Part shown: positions 18,856 through 27,148 of the stretch, piece by piece
Layout of the letters: each line of letters opens with the position of its first letter
Position numbering within the stretch: the first letter of the stretch is position 1
IMG/VR virus record: IMGVR_UViG_3300047557_000938
Coordinates: 1 to 53,480 of that record
From: a virus
Lineage: Duplodnaviria; Caudoviricetes
DNA length: 53,480 nt
Reading direction: 5' to 3' (one strand)
Position numbers and translations under genes: made by a program
The notes under the pieces: model-generated
Told to the model about the DNA's origin: nothing
Databases searched by the model: none
What the model saw: only the letters and a program-made list of their open reading frames with translations

Positions 18856-19091
18856 TCGGGCTTGATCTGCAGCGCATCGTCGGTGATTTCAAGACGCCCC
18901 CGGCGACTCTGCGTTTACGGTTCGGTGAGGTTGTGTCGGTTCAGTCAGGGTCAATCACAATCACGGTGGCTGGCTCGAGCGTGGAGATTAGCGGCGTCCG
19001 TTACCTCGACTCATACACACCCACCACCTCGGATGTGGTGGCTCTTCTCACGGATGGCCTGGACTTGCTTGTGCTTGGCGCGATCGCGTGA
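18852..19091 (+). CDS. Small tail-tip protein
   Basis: RYLDSYTPT..DVVALL..GLDLLVLG; ATGA overlap. Confidence 0.65.
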   Translation: MIGLDLQRIVGDFKTPPATLRLRFGEVVSVQSGSITITVAGSSVEISGVRYLDSYTPTTSDVVALLTDGLDLLVLGAIA

Positions 19092-19123
19092 CGGTAGACT
19101 AGACTCACGATTAGGAGGAACCC

Positions 19124-19288
19124 ATGCCTGTAACCCCTACATACAGTCTGCCGTATCCGCAGGATTCTGATCCCGTGGATGTGGCGGGGGATATTGAGGC
19201 CCTAGCGTTGGCCGTGGACACGGCTATCGCTACGGGCGGCGGCGGCTCGGGTGGCCTCCAGAACACTTTTCTTCTGATGGGAGCATGA
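19124..19288 (+). CDS. Fibre module B gene 1 (54 aa, not in ORF track)
   Basis: TAGACT at 19095, AGGAGG RBS; MPVTPTYSLPYPQDSD...FLLMGA. Confidence 0.7.
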   Translation: MPVTPTYSLPYPQDSDPVDVAGDIEALALAVDTAIATGGGGSGGLQNTFLLMGA

Positions 19289-19289
19289 C

Positions 19290-19628
19290 GTGGCTGAAAC
19301 TGTGAAGGTTCTTGGGCAGATCTCTGGGGGTGCTGCCGCGTCTACATATTCCGTGCTTTACGCCTGCCCGACCGCGACGACTGCGGTTGTGTCCACTCTC
19401 GCGGTGTGCAATACGGCCTCGACGGCGGCGACGTATCGTGTAGCGATCTCGACGGCTTCAGCAGCCCCAGCGGTGAAGGAGTTTCTCGTATTTGGGGCGA
19501 CCGTCGGCGCCAACGACACCGTTTTTCTCACGCTTGGCGCGACACTCACAGCGACTGAGAAGTTCCTGAACGTGTCCTCGTCTGCATCGACTGTTTCGTT
19601 CTCAGCGTTCGGAGTGGAGATCGCGTAG
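19290..19628 (+). CDS. Fibre module B gene 2
   Basis: Paralog of 16400-16732. Confidence 0.75.
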   Translation: MAETVKVLGQISGGAAASTYSVLYACPTATTAVVSTLAVCNTASTAATYRVAISTASAAPAVKEFLVFGATVGANDTVFLTLGATLTATEKFLNVSSSASTVSFSAFGVEIA

Positions 19629-20494
19629 TGGCGATCAAAGATGCAACAGAACTTGGGCTGACTTCTATTATCGCGCCCCGTTCTTTGTTGAGGGCGAGCA
19701 CAAATCCCCCCGCCGTAGTCTCGAACGCTTTCACCGGAACGTACACGGATGCGAATGGCGTGCGGTGGGGATACGTGGAGTTCACGTCAAGTTCGACCCT
19801 GACAGTCACGACGGCGGGTGTATGTGACTACATCGTGGTAGGCGGTGGAGGCGGCGGTGGTGCCGGTTTGCTTGGCTCTAACTCCGGTGGCGGCGGTGCT
19901 GGCGGTGGTGCTCACGTAGCAGTGACATCTGGCTATTTGGATGCAGGTACGTACACGGTGACGATTGGCGCTGGCGGCACTGCTGGGAACGGGCAGAACC
20001 CCGGCAGCATACCGACACGCGGGAATCCGACTCGCCTTGGGCAGGTCGTCGCTATCGGTGGAGGACGCGGGGGTGTCAACCTAGCGGTAACCGGTGGTGA
20101 CGGCGGCGGCGGCGGCGGCGGATATTCAGTCAACCTGAGTGTGAACGCTGGCGGATCGTCATTGTCTTTCGGTGGGGATGGTGCCTCATCTGGTGGCGTA
20201 GATTCACCCGGCGGTGGTGGCGGTGGTAGTTCTGCCAGCGCGTCTGTTCGTAACGGCGGAGCAGGAAACAGTTCTTCAATCACCGGGTCTTCTGTTGGGC
20301 GAGGTGGCGGCGGGGGCGCAGGCTGCATAGGAGGCTCAGCAGGAACAGCAACGGATGGTGGCGGTGCGGGAGGTTTGGGAGCGGCGGGGACGGCGGGGAC
20401 CGCAAACCGTGGTGGTGGTGGCGGTGGCTCTGGTGGTGGTAACGCTGGTGGCAACGGCGGGTCTGGCGTAGTAGTCATCCGAGTGAGGATCTAA
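19628..20494 (+). CDS. Glycine-rich tail fibre / receptor-binding protein B
   Basis: DYIVVGGGGGGG...GGSGVVVIR. Confidence 0.8.
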   Translation: MAIKDATELGLTSIIAPRSLLRASTNPPAVVSNAFTGTYTDANGVRWGYVEFTSSSTLTVTTAGVCDYIVVGGGGGGGAGLLGSNSGGGGAGGGAHVAVTSGYLDAGTYTVTIGAGGTAGNGQNPGSIPTRGNPTRLGQVVAIGGGRGGVNLAVTGGDGGGGGGGYSVNLSVNAGGSSLSFGGDGASSGGVDSPGGGGGGSSASASVRNGGAGNSSSITGSSVGRGGGGGAGCIGGSAGTATDGGGAGGLGAAGTAGTANRGGGGGGSGGGNAGGNGGSGVVVIRVRI

Positions 20495-20742
20495 TGACTT
20501 ATCACAATGCACACGCGGCCCGCGTCGAGGACGGCGTGGTCATGGAAGTGATCGTGATTCCCTTCATGGACGACGATGATGCGAAGGTCACCGAATACTG
20601 CAACGCTATCGGCCTGCCGGGAACGTGGCTGGACTGCTCCTACTTGGGTTCGAGAAGGGGCCGCTATCCGGGCGTGGGAGACCGCTACGACACGGAACTA
20701 GACGAGTTTGTTTCACCGGTATTAGTGGAGCCGACAGAGTAA
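20494..20742 (+). CDS. Fibre module B gene 4
   Basis: Paralog of 17638-17904 (WLDCSY, YDTELDEFVSP). Confidence 0.75.
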   Translation: MTYHNAHAARVEDGVVMEVIVIPFMDDDDAKVTEYCNAIGLPGTWLDCSYLGSRRGRYPGVGDRYDTELDEFVSPVLVEPTE

Positions 20743-20751
20743 GGTTCCCTT

Positions 20752-21414
20752 GTGAGGGTTGCTCTTATCACCGCGTGTTACGGGTCTTACGATCCTGTTC
20801 GGGAACTGCCTGAGGGCGTGGGCTTCGACGAGGCGATCTGTGTCACGGATGATGCGAGTCTAGTAACAGAGTCTTGGCGGGTCGTGGTGGAGCCCCGTGA
20901 CGAGCATCCGAGGTTGGCGGCGAAGCGTCCGAAGATGATGCCGTGGTTGTTCACGGACTGCGATGCGGCGATATGGTTGGATGCCTCGTTTGAAGTGACG
21001 TCTCGGCAGTTCGGTGTGTGGGCGCGCGGGCATCTGGAGCGGAACGATTTCATTGTGTGGACTCACCCTGAGGGTAGATTCGGGATCGAGCAGGAAGCGC
21101 CTGTCTGCTGGGATTGGCCCAAGTACAAGGACTTCGATATGCGGGGGCAACTAGCGGCGTACATGGCTGATGGGATGCCGGAGCGTTGGGGACTGTTCGC
21201 GTGCGGCATGATCGGATGGGTATTCAACGATGCCACGAGGGCTCTTGGTGAGGCTTGGTATCGGGAGAATGTTGAGTGGAGTATCCAGGATCAGATAAGT
21301 CTGCCTTATCTCTTGTGGCGGGAGGGTAAGAAGTTCGGGGTGTGGACCGCGAACGAGTATCAGAACCCGTATCTGCGGCTTAGATGGGATGAGCGACCGA
21401 ATCCTCAGTTGTAG
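20752..21414 (+). CDS. DUF616-like glycosyltransferase
   Basis: TACYGSYD, CVTD, IWLDAS, HP.R, QDQISLPYLLW. Confidence 0.75.
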   Translation: MRVALITACYGSYDPVRELPEGVGFDEAICVTDDASLVTESWRVVVEPRDEHPRLAAKRPKMMPWLFTDCDAAIWLDASFEVTSRQFGVWARGHLERNDFIVWTHPEGRFGIEQEAPVCWDWPKYKDFDMRGQLAAYMADGMPERWGLFACGMIGWVFNDATRALGEAWYRENVEWSIQDQISLPYLLWREGKKFGVWTANEYQNPYLRLRWDERPNPQL

Positions 21415-22097
21415 CGTTGCGCTCCTTCTTGTCGACCAAGATTAGGCCATAGTTCCTCGTCCCGCATGGCGTGACCCCAGAAATGTGCCGCGACCGTTTC
21501 CTCGAAAATAACAGGTTGTTGGTTGGGCATGAACGGGTTGCAGTAGCGGGACGTCCACACTTCGACGTGATCAAACTGTTCTTTCTTGACTGCGGTGAGT
21601 AGTTTCGGGCCGGTCACCCAGTCCATGCTTCGCCCCTCGGCGCGATGTACCGACTCTGGGATTGCTTCAATAACAGCGGTCATGAGTGGGTGTTGAGGGA
21701 CCGCTGCCATGAAGGCGTTGGAGATTAGCCACCCATCTACTTCGTAGGCCAGGAGGGCTTCGCGGTCACAGAAGTCGGTCGGCAGGGCGCGTATCGGTTT
21801 CATGTCGCAGTTGAGGTAGAGGCCGCCTTCGTTGTAAAGGATCTCGTAGGCTGCGATGTCGGCTTGCGTGACTTGGATCATGGTCGCTTCCTTAGCGTCA
21901 CCTCGCGCCGGTGTCCATGTGACCCCACAGGAATCGAACTCGGCTTGATTCTGCAGAGGCGGAAGATCTTCGTATCCCCAGTCGCGTAGTTCCCAGCCCG
22001 GGTTGAGGGCTATCCATTCCTCACCGAACCGCCGATACAAGTCCGGCATGGGTCGGGGGCCGAACCAGATGCGGTGCATCAGTTTGGGGATCGCCAC
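21405..22097 (-). CDS. GT32 (OCH1-like, DXD-type) glycosyltransferase
   Basis: IPKLMHRIWFG, ADIAAYEILYNEGGLYLNCD, NAFMAA...HP, TGPKLLT; AAGGAG RBS before GTG 22097. Confidence 0.85.
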   Translation of the reverse strand: MAIPKLMHRIWFGPRPMPDLYRRFGEEWIALNPGWELRDWGYEDLPPLQNQAEFDSCGVTWTPARGDAKEATMIQVTQADIAAYEILYNEGGLYLNCDMKPIRALPTDFCDREALLAYEVDGWLISNAFMAAVPQHPLMTAVIEAIPESVHRAEGRSMDWVTGPKLLTAVKKEQFDHVEVWTSRYCNPFMPNQQPVIFEETVAAHFWGHAMRDEELWPNLGRQEGAQRYN

Positions 22098-23092
22098 GTC
22101 ACTCCTTCGTTGTCCTTGAACCACTGGACCGTTTCGCTGATTCCTTGGTCGAGGGGCGTGAAACTGTTCGGATCGATGCCGATCACTTTTAGGGTGCTTG
22201 TGTCGGCTGACACGACGGTGCCGAGTTGCTTGACGGTGCGCCTGACGTCGATGGGCCGGAGTTCTGGGGCGGCGGATAGTACGGCCTTGACAACGGCGTC
22301 GACGGCTTGTGGGGTGGCGAGTGGGCCTCCCTCGGGTTCGCCGGGGCGCATCGGGACGGCTTCGATGATTGCCCCACCGACGGCGCTAGACACGGCTTGT
22401 GCGACTTCGAGGACCGTGTGTGGCATGGGGTTGCCTACGTCAATGGGGTAGTCGGGAATGATGCCTTGATTGGCGGCTTCGAGTGCGGCGACGAAGCAGC
22501 GAGCCACGTCTCGAACGTGGACGGAGTCGCTGTATTGAACACCGCCGCCGTAGAGCCTCATGGGATCTCCTGAGAGGGCTGAGCAGACAAACGATGGAAC
22601 GATTTTGCGGACCTTAGAGGGCCCGTAGGGGGCCGGGGCTGACTGGCGTGGCCCGTAGGCGTTCATGGGCCGTACGGCCACGATTCGGGCTCCTCGGTCC
22701 TCCCTGTACATGCCGACGAACTGCTCCCCCGTCGTTTTCGTTATGCAGTAGGTGCCTCGGCCGATACCTGAGTTCCCTACGGCGGCGAACACGCAGGGCA
22801 GGTCGTAGCGGGCTGCCGCCTCGAACACGTTGAGGGTGCCGACGATGTTGGTTTCTGCTGCGGGGCCGGGGTTGTCGATGGTCTCGGCGGTCCCGAGGAC
22901 TGCCGCGAGGTGGATGATGCCGTCGACGTGTGCGGCGAGTTCTTGCACGATTGTGGTGTCCCGTACGTCTCCGTAGAGGCCCCAGCCTTTACCGCGATGG
23001 TCGAGGACGAGTGCCTCGTGGCCTTTGGCTTCGAGTTCCGCTAGTACCCACGATCCGATGAAGCCGTGTCCACCGGTTACGCCAATCTTCAT
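22079..23092 (-). CDS. NAD-dependent nucleotide-sugar epimerase/dehydratase
   Basis: VTGGHGFIG, HLAA, YCITK (YxxxK), RPMNAYGP, VHVRDVA. Confidence 0.9.
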   Translation of the reverse strand: MKIGVTGGHGFIGSWVLAELEAKGHEALVLDHRGKGWGLYGDVRDTTIVQELAAHVDGIIHLAAVLGTAETIDNPGPAAETNIVGTLNVFEAAARYDLPCVFAAVGNSGIGRGTYCITKTTGEQFVGMYREDRGARIVAVRPMNAYGPRQSAPAPYGPSKVRKIVPSFVCSALSGDPMRLYGGGVQYSDSVHVRDVARCFVAALEAANQGIIPDYPIDVGNPMPHTVLEVAQAVSSAVGGAIIEAVPMRPGEPEGGPLATPQAVDAVVKAVLSAAPELRPIDVRRTVKQLGTVVSADTSTLKVIGIDPNSFTPLDQGISETVQWFKDNEGVTWRSPN

Positions 23093-23733
23093 TTGAGACT
23101 CCTCACGACTGCTCGCCAATATCCTTCATCAACGCCCAGGCTTATGTTGTGATCGGCGAGACGATAAATGTAGTCGGCTTGCTGACTCGCTGTGAAGCGG
23201 GCTTGTTGTTTGGCGCAGCCGATCCAGAACGCCCAGTCCTCGAAGAGCATGTCGCGGAAGGGGTTCCCGTGCCAGAGCCACTTGCGAAATGGGGAGCCAG
23301 AGAAGACAAGATTGTTCTCCACATCAAGAACGTCTTGATGCCTGAAGTCGGAGGGCAGAAGGTTGTAGGCGCCTTGCGGGCTATTGACTTGGATGCCGAA
23401 CATGAGTATGTCGGCGTCTTCGGGTAGATGATTGAAGGCGTGGGGTAGAAGTAGATCGTCCACGTCCATCTTGCATATCCACTCGGTGTCGCAGGCTTGG
23501 ATAGCCTCATTGACGAGAACTTGCGGGTGATGGCTGAACGTTGTGGTGGAGCGGATTACGGTTCCGCTGCACGGCATGTCTTTCACCATACTAAGAAGGT
23601 CACTTGTTATCAGTTCGGTGACTATCCCATAACAGTCGGGTGCGGTTTCAAGCCGAGCGGCGGCCTCGATCCATTCCGGCAGAAAGGCTCTGTATGTGTC
23701 GCCGTGGACGACGGTGACGAGCCCGATGCTCAC
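23089..23733 (-). CDS. GT-A (GT2-like) glycosyltransferase
   Basis: NEAIQACDTEWICKMDVDD and FEDWAFW motifs. Confidence 0.75.
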   Translation of the reverse strand: MSIGLVTVVHGDTYRAFLPEWIEAAARLETAPDCYGIVTELITSDLLSMVKDMPCSGTVIRSTTTFSHHPQVLVNEAIQACDTEWICKMDVDDLLLPHAFNHLPEDADILMFGIQVNSPQGAYNLLPSDFRHQDVLDVENNLVFSGSPFRKWLWHGNPFRDMLFEDWAFWIGCAKQQARFTASQQADYIYRLADHNISLGVDEGYWRAVVRSLK

Positions 23734-24008
23734 AATGCGTCCCAGGTCTTTCTGTCAATCACGCCCGTGATCTTCAACCCAGCCTGGTCTTGAAACTTGC
23801 GAACAGCCAGGGTGACTTCACGGTCGTATCGCCCGTCGAGTGGTCCCTCGTAGTGCCCGTGCTTCATGAGTTTCGATTGAGCCCACATAACCAACACTCC
23901 ACGATCACCTGTGTCTAGGGGATGACGGAATGGATAGTGATCTGAAACCGTAGGGGTGCTTGTCTCTTCTTCGACTAGGTTCATTCGTTTACGCGTGCGG
24001 GTCGCCAT
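23730..24008 (-). CDS. Stand-alone peptidoglycan-binding domain protein (PG_binding_1-like)
   Basis: GDRGVLV..AQSKL..HGHYEGPLDGRY...AVRKFQ...GLKITGVIDRKTW. Confidence 0.85.
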   Translation of the reverse strand: MATRTRKRMNLVEEETSTPTVSDHYPFRHPLDTGDRGVLVMWAQSKLMKHGHYEGPLDGRYDREVTLAVRKFQDQAGLKITGVIDRKTWDAL

Positions 24009-24014
24009 GCTTGC

Positions 24015-24021
24015 TATCCTA
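24015..24021. promoter_or_regulatory. Overlapping divergent -10 elements (TATCCT on +, TAGGAT on -)
   Basis: Only divergent intergenic gap; minus-strand -10 lies 7 nt before ATG 24008. Confidence 0.5.
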
Positions 24022-24040
24022 GGACACAAGGAGGCTCCCC

Positions 24041-24253
24041 ATGGATAACAAATGGCTCGTTGTTGCTAAGTCCTACTTGAAAGTCTTTCTAGCAGTCATC
24101 CTGGGATTGTTCCTGGCTGACGGCGCGGATGTGTTCGCCGTAGATGCTACGGATCTTCGCACCTGGTTAGCGGCGGGCCTAGCCTCCGTTCTGCCGCTAG
24201 TCATCACGGCCCTCGATCCGAGTGATCGCCGTTTCGGGACGAATAGCGAGTGA
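24041..24253 (+). CDS. Holin
   Basis: 70 aa, two hydrophobic segments, LDPSDRRFG tail; upstream of endolysin. Confidence 0.75.
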   Translation: MDNKWLVVAKSYLKVFLAVILGLFLADGADVFAVDATDLRTWLAAGLASVLPLVITALDPSDRRFGTNSE

Positions 24254-24570
24254 ACCCGGCTGATTGGTTGCTCCTAGCGGGCGGCATCGCCGCAGCCGTA
24301 ACGGGGGTCGGCATTTTCTTTCACCGTATTTACAAGATCGCCAAGAGGATCGACTCGGCTCTTGGGGTGGATAAGGAAGGCAGAACTATCTCGGAGCGTC
24401 TGCAAAGGGTGGAGCATCAACTGTTCCCAAACGGGGGAACTAGTCTTACAGATAAGATCAACAGGATCGAGCAAGATCAGCGGGAGATGAAAGGCCAAAT
24501 GGCTGCCTTTGAACGCATCTTGAACATGCTACTCAGGAGGGAAAGTGACGGAGCCGGAAGAGCATCCTGA
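24250..24570 (+). CDS. Lysis-cassette membrane protein
   Basis: N-terminal TM helix and PNGGTSL.DKI.RIE coiled-coil motif. Confidence 0.7.
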   Translation: MNPADWLLLAGGIAAAVTGVGIFFHRIYKIAKRIDSALGVDKEGRTISERLQRVEHQLFPNGGTSLTDKINRIEQDQREMKGQMAAFERILNMLLRRESDGAGRAS

Positions 24571-24618
24571 CTTTGAGGGTGATCCCGCTGTCGGGGTCTT
24601 TGAGATTGAGGATGAGTC

Positions 24619-25224
24619 GTGAGTTACGCCGACGATTTGAAGGCCGCCCTGGCAGAGTGGGCTCCCAATCGGGTCGTGTATGTCAAGGGCTGGCGCACTA
24701 GGAACACGGGCGAGTGGCGGTCAAAGCGTCCTCGCATGACCATCATGCATCACACGGCTGGCGCAGCAACCGAGTCCACGAACCCCACGAACAAGGGCAA
24801 TCGGAAGGGCGCTAACGCTGGCGTCGTGACCTACTGTGTTGCGAAGCACAACTCGGTGCCGTACTGCAACGCCGTCGTGGATCGGGACGGAACGATTTAC
24901 ATCTTGGCTGCTGGTCCCGTGTGGCACGCTGGTGTCGGGTCTTTCAAGGGCACACGATGGGTTTTGTGGAGGATTCCCGACAACAGTGCGAACGGATACA
25001 CATTCGGAGTCGAAGTCGTCAGCAAAGGCAGAAAGCCTGACTTCACGGCGAAACAAATAGAGTCGATCGACTTGTTGAACTGCGCTGTGAAGAAGGCATC
25101 CAAGTGGATCGGTTTCAAGTATCGGATCGCTAACCACAAGGACTGGACGACGAGGAAGATCGACACTCGTTACCCCTGGGAGACGTTTGTTGAGGGAGCC
25201 AAGGCAGCGTGGCGTCAAAAGTGA
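24619..25224 (+). CDS. Endolysin, N-acetylmuramoyl-L-alanine amidase (Amidase_2), no wall-binding domain
   Basis: HHTAG, VWHAG, GVEV, HKDW..RKID zinc-amidase motifs. Confidence 0.9.
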   Translation: MSYADDLKAALAEWAPNRVVYVKGWRTRNTGEWRSKRPRMTIMHHTAGAATESTNPTNKGNRKGANAGVVTYCVAKHNSVPYCNAVVDRDGTIYILAAGPVWHAGVGSFKGTRWVLWRIPDNSANGYTFGVEVVSKGRKPDFTAKQIESIDLLNCAVKKASKWIGFKYRIANHKDWTTRKIDTRYPWETFVEGAKAAWRQK

Positions 25225-25457
25225 CGCTGGCTGATGCCCTTGCCAGCGTGCAGCCAACTCACATCGGCGTGAAGTGTTACACCTGTTCCGCGGTGTCATC
25301 TATGACTAAGGAAGATAGGGAAGTCTTCGAGGAAGCCTTGACGCGGCGGGACATTACGAACCCCATGATGGTGCGCGCGTTGAAGGCTGCAGGCTATGAG
25401 GTGTCGAAAGGTTCTCTCGCGCGTCATCGGCGCGGGGAGTGCATGCCGCTAGAATAG
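25209..25457 (+). CDS. Small Cys/His DNA-binding-like protein
   Basis: CYTC...SLARHRRGEC. Confidence 0.6.
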   Translation: MASKVTLADALASVQPTHIGVKCYTCSAVSSMTKEDREVFEEALTRRDITNPMMVRALKAAGYEVSKGSLARHRRGECMPLE

Positions 25458-25460
25458 GGG

Positions 25461-25530
25461 CGGGTCGAGCCTTGCTCCCCACGGCCCCGGCGGGAACCCC
25501 TCACCTGCCGGGGCCGCCCATTTCTCCCCC
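25461..25530 (+). terminator. Terminator-like hairpin with AACCCCTCA loop; candidate small RNA
   Basis: 13-bp stem 25482-25494/25504-25516 then pyrimidine tract; TAGAAT at 25450-25455. Confidence 0.6.
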
Positions 25531-25578
25531 AAGAACTAGGGGCAAATCGGGCATTTCGGGCCAATGTTGTGAATGTTG

Positions 25579-25634
25579 TTGCCAAGTCCGAGCGGCAGCC
25601 GTGACCCTTGTTCTATGAGGCCGAGGGGGCCTCA
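25579..25634 (+). promoter_or_regulatory. Island promoter P3 with GAGGG-loop hairpin
   Basis: TTGCCA-N18-GACCCT; TGAGGCC-GAGGG-GGCCTCA (25616-25634); AAATCGGGCA at 25544. Confidence 0.7.
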
Positions 25635-25650
25635 GGAAGCGAGGGGCAAC

Positions 25651-25878
25651 ATGAAGTGGACCAAGCCTACGCAGTACGTGAACGGGCGCATCAAGGCTGA
25701 TCGGTCAAATGTGGCTGATCGTGGCGACGGCACCTACTTCGTCATCAACTGGGTTGATCGCGGAAAGCGCGCGTACCAACTCATCATCAAGACCTACGGC
25801 GACCCAGGTTTCGAAGAACTCGGTCGCTTCCCATCAGTCCGTGACGCTAAGGCATTCGCAGAAGGGTACGCATCATGA
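25651..25878 (+). CDS. Hypothetical protein
   Basis: GAGGGG RBS; first gene after P3. Confidence 0.65.
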   Translation: MKWTKPTQYVNGRIKADRSNVADRGDGTYFVINWVDRGKRAYQLIIKTYGDPGFEELGRFPSVRDAKAFAEGYAS

Positions 25879-26087
25879 GGGAGTTCATCACCACCGAGTT
25901 CGAGTTCAGTCACGGCAAGAAGCCACGGGGGCTCGGCTACTGGTACTTCAAGCCAGCAGATAACGCATGGCCCGGCGATTCGATGCCCACCGGCGGATTC
26001 TTCTGGCACTTCGGCACCTACGCCGAGGCCAAGAAGGCAGTCAGCGCGGCGTGGCCCGCAGTCACCTACTGGAAGGTCCTTCCGTAG
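25875..26087 (+). CDS. Hypothetical protein
   Basis: SHGKKPRG.GYWYF...GTYAEAKK; ATGA overlap. Confidence 0.7.
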   Translation: MREFITTEFEFSHGKKPRGLGYWYFKPADNAWPGDSMPTGGFFWHFGTYAEAKKAVSAAWPAVTYWKVLP

Positions 26088-26148
26088 TCGAAACGAGGCT
26101 TCGGCCTCGTCCAGCGGAACCCGCCACCCGCTGCTGAAGAGACAGGCG
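26087..26148 (+). ncRNA. Type II hammerhead ribozyme
   Basis: GTC-GAAA-CGAGGC(TTCG)GCCTCG-TC^-CAGCGG(loop)CCGCTG-CTGAAGA-GAC; loop CGCC can pair with 3' GGCG. Confidence 0.9.
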
Positions 26149-26166
26149 ACCTAGAGGGGAACGATT

Positions 26167-26385
26167 GTGGACGAGCAGGGCATGACGATGAATGATCTGA
26201 ACGAACTCACTCGCGAGGATCTGATCATGATCGACACGGCGCTGATGATCCTGAGCCGTGCCGAGCACAAGTTCAATGGCACAACGTGGGAGTGCGACAA
26301 GGCGACTCGTGCGTTGAATCGGATCGCAGTACGGCACGGGCTTGTGCCGGTTGATGGTTACGCGGCGCAGTTGGCGGCGTCGTGA
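26167..26385 (+). CDS. Hypothetical protein
   Basis: GAGGGG RBS downstream of the ribozyme. Confidence 0.6.
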   Translation: MDEQGMTMNDLNELTREDLIMIDTALMILSRAEHKFNGTTWECDKATRALNRIAVRHGLVPVDGYAAQLAAS

Positions 26386-26708
26386 GCCGTCTTGCTCAAC
26401 CCATGGACTTTGTGGCCCATTGGCTCCCGAAAGGGAGACCAATGGTTCACAGTCAAACAATCGAGCAGATTGGACGCTACACGTTCGCTGCAATCTCTGG
26501 GGCTCGTTACGGGACTACTGAGTCAAGCCTCATTATGCCGAGCGGGCAGGGGCACTACGTAACGGTCACGTTAGAGGCAAGCGACACCTACACGGTTCGA
26601 CACCTCTTTGTTCGGGCTGGCAAAGTTACAGTCAAACAAGAGTGGGAGGACGTGTATTGCGATCAGTTGTCCGACGTTGCCTATGAGGCTTCGCTCTGGC
26701 GCATGTAA
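26382..26708 (+). CDS. Hypothetical phage protein
   Basis: EQIG...AISGAR...SDTYTV...DVYCDQL; GTGA overlap. Confidence 0.7.
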   Translation: MSRLAQPMDFVAHWLPKGRPMVHSQTIEQIGRYTFAAISGARYGTTESSLIMPSGQGHYVTVTLEASDTYTVRHLFVRAGKVTVKQEWEDVYCDQLSDVAYEASLWRM

Positions 26709-26709
26709 A

Positions 26710-26731
26710 TGTCCGACCCTGCATGTAACGT
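26710..26731 (+). promoter_or_regulatory. RecA-NDp/PafBC-like promoter
   Basis: TGTCCG-N10-TAACGT versus consensus TGTCGG-N10-TA-N3-T; upstream of Gam/ERF genes. Confidence 0.45.
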
Positions 26732-26756
26732 GCGGGGCGAGAGAAAGGTGAGGGGA

Positions 26757-26987
26757 ATGGCACAAGCGATTGTGTTTCAGGTGGACGCGGGTCCGGCTGG
26801 AATGTATTGGGATGTGAATCTGTCGGATGGGCAAACATGGGAAGTGTCTGACGACATACGGACCGACATTAGTGACTTGTCGATCTCGGGTTACGAGGTT
26901 GTAGTTCGTTCGTACGAGTGGTACTTGAAGAACGCTTGTTCTGAATGTGGCTGCGAAGAACCACACACACATAATGAGGTGAGTTGA
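26757..26987 (+). CDS. Hypothetical protein with C-terminal CSECGC..H
   Basis: GAGGGG RBS before ATG 26757. Confidence 0.55.
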   Translation: MAQAIVFQVDAGPAGMYWDVNLSDGQTWEVSDDIRTDISDLSISGYEVVVRSYEWYLKNACSECGCEEPHTHNEVS

Positions 26988-27148
26988 ATGAACAACTCAA
27001 CTCTCCAAGCAATGATGCAGTTCATGCGACTACTGCCAGACGAATCGTTGAGCCTGGTCGCCGATGCTCGTTACACGTTCGAGCCCCGTGATTACAAAGA
27101 CAAAGTGATCCTGCAACTAGCGGCAGGTGAGTGGGAATGGAGGCAGGA

